NCBI GenBank assembly: GCA_023213395.1
Contig: CM041465.1
Location: 126,301,741 to 126,365,740 of the forward strand
Source of the DNA: Cycas panzhihuaensis
Taxonomy: Eukaryota; Plantae; Cycadophyta
Length of the DNA: 64,000 nt
Direction of reading: 5' to 3'
Shown here piece by piece: positions 49,983 to 61,268 of this stretch (positions are counted from its first letter, which is position 1; the number at the start of each line of letters is the position of its first letter). The notes beneath the pieces were generated by a model. The model had not been told where the DNA came from, searched no databases, and saw only the letters and a list, made by a program, of their open reading frames with translations. The position numbers and the translations under genes were made by a program.

Positions 49983-51459
49983 GAGCATTTAAAAGGGCGA
50001 CCATAAACCTTATTATTTAGATCACAAGATAAAATGTAATAATTTAGAAGCCAAAATATAAATAAACCTTGCTATTAAGAAACTAAAATAAAGGAGACCT
50101 CAAAAGTAGAAGCCTTTAAAAAGGAAGTCACAAGATTAAAGTTATAAAGAAAGAAACATCGACTTACTAAGGAGAAGAAGAATAAAAAATATAAGGAGTA
50201 TGATAGTAATTGAAGAAGTGGTGTCACATTTGTGATAATAATTCATATTCTTGTAAAAAATGTGACCTAAATGAGAGGAATAATATGGTAAAGAGTAAAG
50301 TACATGGTGTTATATTTATGATATGTATAACCATAATATGAATAAACACTATTTTAATATATGTAAAACAAACCAATACGGTACAAGTTATGGAAGAAGG
50401 AACAACTTAACCATGATGCAATATACTAATAAAGCAGGAAGGCATGTGAAAAAATAATAATGCATGAAGAGAGAGTAAAGGAAATGTACTAAACTAACTA
50501 AAATAATAGAGATAAAATTGATCTATCCTCATAGAAAATACCTATAGAGATCAAATATCACACCTAATAAGAAAATTTTGTTAAAATCTAAGAGGTCCAC
50601 TAGAGCATATATGCCTAAACTATTGAGAAAAGTATGTGCTAGGCCTATGCGGATACCCTTTATAAAGAAGAATATCTATCCTAACCCAGACTCTTAAATA
50701 TACCTAAAACACTAGACTCAATCTTAAAATATGAGAAGGGACTAACTAGAGTAAGAGGCCTAAAGGAGTTAAGACCACATGATCCATATGATCATTAGGT
50801 AGGTTCTTGGAAAATTATCAATAGCAGTGACTCATCTCACATAAGTTTGAGATAGGCCAACAGTACATGCATTTAACTCCAACTAGCATCAAGCTCTAAT
50901 AGGCAAAATAAAAAGAGGCCATTGCTCTCAATAAGATGCATAGAGTTCACTCAGTTGTTGAGGCCACACATATAAACGCATAGTGAGGGTAGATGCCCAC
51001 CATTAGGCCAATCAGAATATGAATCGTAAGACTCTTCTCACATAAGGCCAAAAGATCACCTCTCTCATCTAATGGTTAAATCTAGGTTCAAAGAAAGTGA
51101 TCTACCTTATTTGTAAAAGAATAAGTACTTTGAGATATTATGTATCTTGATGTATTTTGTATATGCAAGAAGATAATTTATATCTTCTTGTTGTTTAGGA
51201 GATTAAAGTCAAATTATTATTGTTGAACTAATTTCTAGGTGTGATGTTGATGTACTCTAAAGTAAATAAATGGCAATTCATTATTTTGAATCAAATAGGA
51301 AAACCAATGACAAAAAAGAGTTAAATTTAAGATTCGAAATGTTTATTAGATGAATAAAGAGCGTAGAAGTTATTTTCTTTCATTGCATTTGGGCGTTACT
51401 AATATTGACAACACAATGTAGATGATGCACTATAAGGGCGAATGATTCCCGGGATTACA
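49983..51459 (+). repeat. LTR-like module, copy 1 (left part missing at the Tat junction)
   Basis: Homologous to 54908-56383; ends GGGATTACA. Confidence 0.55.
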
Positions 51460-54400
51460 TACGCATTCATTTTAGTTTGTAGAAATGGTGGTTGAAAGGT
51501 TGGTTAGGAGAAAGAGGTTGGGTTGGGTGAAAGTTGAAGAAAGGTGGAAGATGGGGTGTTGTTTGAAGAAAACCTATTCTTTAAGGTCTCTATTGAGGAA
51601 AGTACTCTTCACATCTATTTGCTAAATACGCCAATTAAATTAGATTGCTAAGGACATAACCAAATGGAGTGTGATCACATTAGCTACCAGTGCAAAGGTC
51701 TTGTCATAATCAATCCCCTCTTATTATTTAAAACCACTTGCTATAAGGCGAGCTTTGCGAGTGTCATATTTTGTAAGGCCTTTTAGCAATTATGGGAGGA
51801 GGAACATCTATTAATAATTGTTATACCCATTAGGATTTAGTTGAATGCTAGTGGCTTCCACCTGAAGGTCATCAACTAAAATTAGAGGTAAAGTTATACT
51901 TTCTTGAGTTGTTGATGTAGATGCTATTGGAATCGATGAAGCGGTGGAGTGTACGAGGAGGCTAGTATTGGTGGCTCCACAATTTGTCCAAGAGTCACTT
52001 AAGATGCATGAACTTCTTCTACTGCTATAATATAAGGTTGAGGTGGAGGTAGGTCCTATGAATCTTCTATAAATATTATATCCCGTGTTGCGTAAACTTG
52101 GTTCCCAACCATGTCAAACACTTTATAGGCTTTCCAACCAAGTACATAATTAAGGAAGATGCATTTCAGACTCTTGTCATCAAGCTTGTGTTTGTTTTCC
52201 TTTGAAATATGTTTATATTCCATGCATCCAAAGATCTTCACGGGGGCTACCAATGGTTTCTGACATGACCAAACTTCTTCAAGTGTAATATTCCTAACTA
52301 CAATTCTGGGACTTATGTTGGTTAGATAAATAGTTATGGTTGTGGCATCAACCCAGGATCTAGTGGTAAGATTTGCAGCACTGAGCATTGCTTTTCCTTT
52401 ATTTATCAATGCCTAATTCATTCTTTTAACCACACCATTTGGTTGAGGTGTGTGGGGAGCTGAGAACTGATGTTGGATGCCATGTTCCTTGCCCAAATTG
52501 TTGGGCTGATTAGAAATATACTCGCCACCATTATCAGATCTAAGGAGCTTGATTATCATTCTACTTTTCTTTTCTATGGCAGCTTTGAACTCTTTGAATT
52601 TATTTAGGGTTTTATACTTATTTCTCAGGAGATAAACCTACATTTTCCTTGAGAAGTCATCTATGAATGTGATGAAATGCCAGCTTTTATTGAGTGGTTA
52701 GACAGGTACCAACAGCGAATTTCTGGGTGGACCATCTCTAACGGCGCTGAGGATCTCCATGCGTTCTTAGAAGGAAAATTTTCTCATTAGTGCTTTTCTA
52801 TTAGGCAAGCCTCACATATGTTGTTGTACCTCTTAATTTTATGTAAACCATGTACCATTTGGAGCTTAAACATGAGGTCCAAGCTTTGCATGTTTAAATG
52901 ACTTAGGCATTAATTCCATAGGTATACTTTGGAGCCATTTGAGATGATAATTTCCTTTTAATATGAGAATTCACCTGGTTCTTATATCTGAGGACTCTTC
53001 ATTAATGACTTCATTTACCTCATCAATTATAGCTGTGTTGGGAATTGAACAAGCTTCATTTTATGGAGTAGTTGTAAGGGGGATACCACCCAACCTATAT
53101 AGGCCACCATCTTCATATCTTATGGCCACAAGCTTGCACGTTGCATGATCTGCGATTCTACTAATGCCCTAGACAAAGAGGACATCTAAATTACATTTGT
53201 TTATTTCATTGATAGAAACAAGTTCATCTCCATTTAGTGCAAGGAATATATTATTGATGTGGTGCCTCATATTGGAGTCCTTCAAAGCTATTGGAGCCCT
53301 ACCAATTTTGGTCATTATCGTAAGCCAAATTATCCCCAAATGTGATAGTTTGAGTATCATTGGTGAGTCTCTTCTAACATTTTTTCTAATCCCATCATAT
53401 ATCTCCTTGCACGACTCGAAGCCATGCATCCTCATCAAGTTGTGCGAGAAGAAATTTGTAAAAATAGGTGATGGAAGGAGGAATGGTAATTGTGTAGGAG
53501 ATTAGTTGGGTATTATTTATTATTATGGTGGTTTGTTTAATTTTTGATAGTGAATTGTAGGTTATTTTGAGGTCTTTCTCCTTGGCGGTCTCGATTCAAA
53601 TTATGTTGGTAGAATTGGCCTTGTGGTTGGAATGATGACCCTTCTTATTGTTGAATAAGGCCTCTTTATTGGAAATATGGGCCTCCTTGTTACAAAATAA
53701 GACCTCGCTATTATGGAAACAGGGCTCTTTGTAGAAGGCACGATCCTCCTTAGTAATATCCTTGTCTCTATTAAGGGTAACTAGGACCTCTTTATTGATA
53801 TGAGGGTGGTCCTTATTAGTAGGTTAGGCCTAATCGTTGATAATAAGAGGTAGCTTATTAGAAGCGAGGCCCATATGATTGACTCAATTGATTTTACAAG
53901 AGTTGTGAATCAACTTGTCCTCACTTGCATTAACAGAAGTGTCTTTTTTTATCATAGTAGAGGCAACTGACATATGGTCTAACCTATTAATTCTTTTAAA
54001 GTTGTGCATATGGCTGGTATTGAGACTGCTGATGCCAATGAGTTAGACGGGAGGAGGAGGTGTTAATTGGTTATTACTTCTTTTAGGTTGGTTGTTGATA
54101 TGGCTCTTGGGATATGGTCAGAGAATCTAAGTGTTGAGTTAGATCTTGGTGTTGACTAAGCTGTTGAGTTGATCTATTGATAGTCTTACGCTTTTTTGAG
54201 TTATGGGCTGTAAAGGTAGGAGCGGGGTTAGATATACATGTCGCCCCAAGTCAGTCAGTTGAGTATATTCTCCTCTTATAACAAGAGTTCCTCGCAGGTT
54301 GTGAAGTCTATTTTGGAATAATTACCATTTAATTTGGAAACAAAGGAGTTATATTCTATAGGTAGGATGTCAATGATGCTAGAGATTAAATCATGGTTTG

Positions 54401-54461
54401 AAAGTGGTTCATTAAGGATTATAAGTTAGTTCCTAGTTATTTTGATTTTAATCAAGTGGTG
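51460..54461 (-). pseudogene. Copia internal fragment, copy 1 (mid-gag, PR, INT, first part of RT)
   Basis: gag HDLISSIIDILPIEYNSFV; INT FITFIDDFSRK and KLDDKSLKCIF; RT KARL..GF..EGIDYDKTFA, truncated after YKLK. Confidence 0.85.
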
Positions 54462-56383
54462 TGCTTATTTGCCAAAAATGTATATTTTTATCAAAACGTT
54501 ATGAACTTAAAGAAGATAAGTCATGAAAATAAGATTAATTTTAGATTCACGTATTCATTATAGGGTGTACCCTATGCTTGGCACAAATAATTATACCCAA
54601 CTAAGACATGGGAGAATATTATGAAGTAATTTAAGGAGATATTGTAAAAGTTTTTAAGTAATGAGGTAGTGGAGTTATCTCTCAAGGAAATGAGATAAAG
54701 GCTAGTAGAATTACTTTTAATACGTATATGAAAAATAAATATTAAAGTTGTAAGTATTATGAATGGAGAAAAAATCATGGATTATAATAAGAGAAACTAT
54801 TTTATAAATGGGCTAAATTCTAAAGTAAGGGCCATAATGGTGATTCATTCCTTGAAATGCTTCCATTTCACACATGAGTTCGTATTACACTTTGAGAAAG
54901 AGATGGGCATTTAAAAGGGCAGCCATAAACCTTATTATTTAGATCACAAGATAAAATGTAATAATTTAGAAGCCAAAATATAAATAAACCTTGCTATTAA
55001 GAAACAAAAATAAAGGAGACCTCAAAAGTAGAAGCCTTTAAAAAGGAAGTCACAAGATTAAAGTTATAAAGAAAGAAACATCAGCTTACTAAGGAGAAGA
55101 AGAATAAAAAAATATAAGGGTAGCGATAGTAATTGAAGAAGTGGTGTCACATTTGTGATAATAATTCATATTCTAGTAAAAAATGTGACCTAAATGAGAG
55201 GAATAATATGGTAAAAGAGTAAAGTACATGGTGTTATATTTATGATATGTATAACCATAATATGAATAAACACTATTTTAATATATGTAAAACAAACCAA
55301 TACGGTACAAGTTATGGAAGAAGGAACAACTTAACCATGATGCAATATACTAATGACGCAGGAAGGCATGTGAAAAAATAATAATGCATGAAGAGAGAGT
55401 AAAGGAAATGTACTAAACTAACTAAAATAATAGAGATAAAATTGATCTATCCTCATAGAAAATACCTATAGAGATCAAACATCACCTAATAAGAAGGCTG
55501 TTAAAATCTAAGAGGTCCACTAGAGCATATATGCCTAAACTATTGAGAAAAGTATGTGCTTGGCCTATTGCAGATACCCTTTATAAAGAAGAATATCCTA
55601 TCCTAACCCAGACTCTTAAATATACCTAAAACACTAGACTCAATCTTAAAATATGAGAAGGGACTAACTAGAGTAAGAGGCCTAAAGGAGTTAAGACCAC
55701 ATGATCCATATGATCATTAGGTAGGTTCTTGGAAAATTATCAATAGCAGTGACTCATCTCACATAAGTTTGAGATAGGCTAACAGTACATGCATTTAACT
55801 CCAACTAGCATCAAGCTCTAATAGGTAAAATAAAAAGAGGCCACTGCTCTCAATAAGATGCATAGAGTTCACTCAGTTGTTGAGGCCACACATATAAACG
55901 CATAGTGAGGGTAGATGCCCACCATTAGGCCAATCAGAATATGAATCGTAAGACTCTTCTCACATAAGGCCAAAAGATCACCTCTCTCATCTAATGGTTA
56001 AATCTAGGTTCAAAGAAAGTGATCTACCTTATTTGTAAAAGAATAAGTACTTTGAGATATTATGTATCTTGATGTATTTTGTATATGCAAGAAGATAATT
56101 TATATCTTCTTGTTGTTTAGGAGATTAAAGTCAAATAATTATTGTTGAACTAATTTCTAGGTGTGATGTTGATGTACTCTAAAGTAAATAAATGGCAATT
56201 CATTATTTTGAATCAAATAAGAAAACCAATGACAAAAAAGAGTTAAATTTAAGATTTGAAATGTTTATTAGATGAATAAAGAGCGTAGAAGTTATTTTCT
56301 TTCATTGCATTTGGACGTTACTAATATTGACAACACAATGTAGATGATGCACTATAAGGAGCGAATGATTCCCAGGGATTACA
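54462..56383 (+). repeat. LTR-like module, copy 2 (~1.9 kb)
   Basis: Non-coding. Starts TG exactly where Copia gag homology stops and ends GGGATTACA where Copia RT homology starts. Confidence 0.55.
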
Positions 56384-59380
56384 TCTGCATTCATTTTAGT
56401 TTGTAGAAATGGTGCTTCAAAGCTTCGTTAGCTGAAAGACATTCCCTTGGGTCAAACTTCAGTAAATCTCGAAGATGGGGTGTTGTTTGAAGAAAACCTC
56501 TTCTTTAAGGTCTCTATTGAGGAAAGTACCCTTCACATCCATTTGCTAAATATTTCGATTAAATTAGATTGCTAAGGACATAACCAAACGGAATGTGATC
56601 ACATTGGCTACCGGTGCAAAGGTCTTGTGATAATCAATCCCCTCTTGTTATTTAAAACCTCCCGCTATAAGGCGAGCTTTGCAAGTGTCATACTTTCTAA
56701 GGCCTTTTAACATTTATGGGAGGAGGAACATCCATTAATAATTGTTATACCCATTAGGATTTAGTTGAATGCTAGTGGCTTCCACCTGAAGTTCATAAAC
56801 TAAAATTGGATGTAAAGTTATACTTTCTTGAGTTGTTGATGTAGATGCTACTGGAATCGATGAAGGAGCTGGAGTGTAGGAGGAGGCTAGTTTTGGTGGC
56901 TCGACAATTTGTCCAAGAGTCACTTAAGATACAAAACCTACTTCTACTGCTATAATATAAGGTTGAGGTGGAGGTAGGTCCTATAAATCTTCTATAAATA
57001 TTATATCCCGTGTTACGTAAACTTGGTTACCAACTATGTCAAACACTTTATAGGCTTTACAACAAAGTACATAGCTAAGGAAGATGCATTTCAGGCTCTT
57101 GTCATCAAGCTTCTTTTTGTTTTCCTTTGAAATATATTTATATTCCATGCATCCAAAGATCTTCACGAGTACTACTGATGGTTTCTGACCTGACTAAACT
57201 TCTTCAAGAGTAATATTCCTAACTACAATTCTGGGACTTATGTTGGTTAGATAAGTAGTTATGGTTGTGGCATCAACCTAAGATCTGGTGGTAAGATTTG
57301 CAGGACTAAGCATTGCTTTTCCTTTATTTATCAATGTCTAATTCATTCTTTTTTTTGTTGAGTTGTGTGGGGAGATGGGAACTGATGTTGGATGCCATGT
57401 CCCTTGCCCAAAATGTTGAACTGATTAGAAATATACTCACCACCATTATCAGATCTAAGGAGCTTGATTATCATTCTACTTTTCTTTTCTATGGCAGCTT
57501 TGAACTCTTTGAATTTATTTAGGGTTTTATACTTATTTCTTAGGAAATAGACCTACATTTTCCTTGAGATGTCATCTATGAATGTGATGAAATGCCAGTT
57601 TTTATTGAGTGGTTAGGCGGTATCAACGTAAATTTACGGGTGGACCATCTTTAGCAGTTGAGGGATCTCCATGCGTTCTTAGAAGGAAAATTTTCTCGTT
57701 AGTACTTTTCTATTAGGCAAGCGACATATGTTGTTGTACCTCTTAATTTTATATAAGCAGGTATGCGCTTTGGAGCTTAAGCGTGAGGTCCAAGCTTTGC
57801 ATGTTTAAATGGCTTAGTCATTAAATCCATAGATATACTTTGGAGCTATTTAAGATGACAATTTCCTTTCAATATGAGAATTGACACGGTTCTTATATAC
57901 AAGGAGACTCTTCATTAATGACTTCATTTACCTTATCGGTTTGGTTTGTGTTGGGAATTGAACAAGCTTTATTTTATAGAGTAGTTGTAAGGGGGATACC
58001 ACCAAACCTATATAGGCCACCATCTTCATGTCTTTTGGCCACAGGTTTGCATGTTGCATGATCTGCGATTCTAGTAATGCCCTAGCTAAAGAGGACATCT
58101 AAATTCGGTTTATTTATTTCATTGATAGAGAGCAAGTTCATCTCCATTTCGGGTGCAAGGAATATATTATTGATGTGGTGCCTCGTATTGGAGTCCTTCA
58201 AAGCTATTGGAGCACTACCGATTTTGGTTATTATCGTAAGTCAAATTATCCCCAAATGTGAAAGTTTGAGTATGGATTGCGCGGGTCTCTTCTAACATTT
58301 TTTCTAATCCGATCATATATCTCGTTACAACTGTCTCAAGGAGCCATGCATCCTCATCAAGTTGTGAAGAAACAGCTGCAAAGAATAGGTTATGGAAGGA
58401 GGAATCCTAATTGTCTACCACATTACTTCCCTATTATTTATTATTATGCTGGTTCCTTTAATTTTTGATAGTGAATTGCTGCTTATTTTGAGGTCTTTCT
58501 CCTTGAGCAGGTCTCAGATTCGAATTGTGTTGGTAGAATTAGCCTTGTGGTTGGAATGATGACCCTTCGTATTATTGAATAAGGCCTCTTTATTAGAAAT
58601 ATCAGCCTCCTTGTTACAAAATAAGACCTCGCTATTATGGAAACAAGGCTCTCTGTAGAAGGCACGATCCTTCTTAGTAATATCCTTGTCTCTATTAAGA
58701 GTAACTAAGACCTCCTTGTTGATATGAGGGTGGTTCTTATTAGTAGATTAGGCCTAATCGTTGATAATAAGAGGTAGCTTATTAGAAGCGAGGCCCATAT
58801 GATTGGCTCAATTGATTTTACAAGAGCTGTAAATCAACTTGTCCTCACTTGCATTAACTAAGTGTCTTTTCTAATTATAGTAGAGGCAACTGACATTTGG
58901 TCTCACCTATTAATTCTTTTAAAGTTGTGCATATGGATGGTATTGAGATTGCTGATGCCAATGAGTTAAACGGGAGGATGAGGTGTTAATTGGTTATTAC
59001 TTCTCTTAGGTTGGATGTTGATATGGCTCTTGGGATGTGGTCAGAGAATCCAATTGTTGAGTTAGATCTTGGTGTTGACTAAGATGTTGAGTTGATCTAT
59101 TGATAGTCTTACGCTTTTATGAGTTATGGGCTGTAAAGGTAGGAGCGGGGTTTGATATACATGTCGCCCTAAGTCAGTTGAGTATATTCTCCTCTTATAA
59201 CAAGAGTTCCTCACAGGTCGTGAAGTCTATTTTGGAATAATTACCATGTAATTCGGAAACAAAGGAGTTATATTATATAGATAGGATGTCAGTGATGCTA
59301 GAGATTAAATCATGGTTTAAAAGTAGTTCATTAAGGATTATAAGTTAGTTCCTAGTTATTTTGACTTTAATCAAGTGGCG
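56384..59380 (-). pseudogene. Copia internal fragment, copy 2
   Basis: Collinear with 51460-54461; ORF 56981-57166. Confidence 0.85.
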
Positions 59381-61268
59381 TGCAACACTGCCAAAAAGGT
59401 ATACCTTTATTAAAACTTTATGAACTTAAAGAAGATAAGTTATGAAAATAAGATTAATTTTAGATTCACGTATTTATTATAGGGTGTACCCTATGCTTGG
59501 CACAAATAATTACACCCAACTAAGACATGGGAGAATATTATGAAGTAATTTAAGGAGATATTGTAAAAGTTTTTAAGTAATGAGGTAGTGGAGTTATCTC
59601 TCAAGGAAATGAGATAAAGGCTAATAGAATTACTATTAATACGTATATAAAAAATAAATATTAAAGTTGTAAGTATTATGAATGGAGAAAAAATCATGGA
59701 TTATAATAAGAGAAACTATTTTATAAATGGGCTAAATTCTAAAGTAAGGGCCACAATGGTGACTCATTCCTTGAAATGCTTCTATTTCACACATGAGTTG
59801 GTATGCAACCATAAACCTTATTATTTAGACCACGAGACAAAATGTAATAATTAATAAGCCAAAATATAAATAAACCTTGCTATTAAGTAACAAAAGTAAA
59901 GGAGACCTCAAAAGTAGAAGCCTTTAAAAAGGAAGTCATAAGGTTAAAGTTATAAAGAAAGAAACCTCAACTTACTAAGGAGAAGAAGAACACAAAATAT
60001 AGGGGTATGAGCAGTAATTGAAGAAGTGGTGTCACATTTGTGATAATAATTCATATTCTGGTAAAAAATGTGACCTAAATGAGAGGAATAATATGGTAAA
60101 AAAGTAAAGTATATGGTGTTATATTTGTGATTTGGATAACCATAAAATGAATAAACACTATTTTAATATATGTAAAATAAACCAATACGGTACAAGTTAT
60201 GGAAGAAGGAACAACTGAACCATGATGCAATATACTAATGAAGCAGGAAGGCATGTGAAAAAGTAATAATGCATGAAGAGAGAGTAAAGGAAATGTACTA
60301 AACTAACTAAAATAATAGAGATAAAATTAATCTATCCTCATAGAAAATACCTATAGAGATCAAACATCACATAATAAGAATAGTGTCAAAATCTAAGAGG
60401 CCCACTAGAGCATATATGCCCAAACTATTGAGAAAAGTATGTGCTTGGCCTATTGTAGATACCCTTTATAAAGAAGAATGTCCTATCCTAACCCAGACTC
60501 TTAAATATACCTAAAACACTAGACTCAATCTTAAAATATGAGAAGGGACTAACTAGAGCAAGAGGCCTAAAGGAGTTAAGACCATAGGATCCATATGATC
60601 ATTAGGTAGGTTCTTGGAAAATTATCAATAGTAGTGACTCATCTCACATAAGTTTGAGATAGGCTAATAGTACATGCATTTAACTCCAACTAGCATCAAG
60701 CTCTAATAGGTAAAATAAAAAGAGGCCATCGCTCTCAATAAGATGCATAGAGTTCACTTTCGGTTGTTGAGGCCACACATATAAGCATAGTGAGGGTAGA
60801 TGCCCACCATTAGGCCAATCAGAATATGAATCGTAAGACTCTTCTCACATAAGGCCAAAAGATCACCTCTCTCATCTAATGGTTAAATCTAGGTTCAAAG
60901 AAAGTGATCTACCTTATTTGTAAAAGAATAAGTACTTTGAGATATTATGTATCTTGATGTATTTTGTATATGCAAGAAGATAATTTATATCTTCTTGTTG
61001 TTTAGGAGATTAAAGTCAAATAATTATTGTTGAACTAATTTCTAGGTGTGATGTTGATGTACTCTAAAGTAAATAAATAGGAATTCATTATTTTGAATCA
61101 AATAAGAAAACCAATGACAAAAAAGAGTTAAATTTAAGAATCGAAATGTTTACTAGGCGAATAAAGGCGTAGAAAATTGTTTTCTTTCATTGTGTTTGGA
61201 CGTTACTAATATTGACAACACAATGTAGATGATGCACTATCAAGAGCGAATGATTCCCAGGGATTACA
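59381..61268 (+). repeat. LTR-like module, copy 3
   Basis: TGCAACAC...GGGATTACA termini, resembling the Gypsy-type TGTAAC..TTACA. Confidence 0.6.

Noticed and set aside
54572-54778. ORF conserved between array units (also 59491-59697) as a small gene
   Set aside because: AT-rich, I/L/F/S-biased ORF inside the LTR-like module; its conservation reflects the recent duplication
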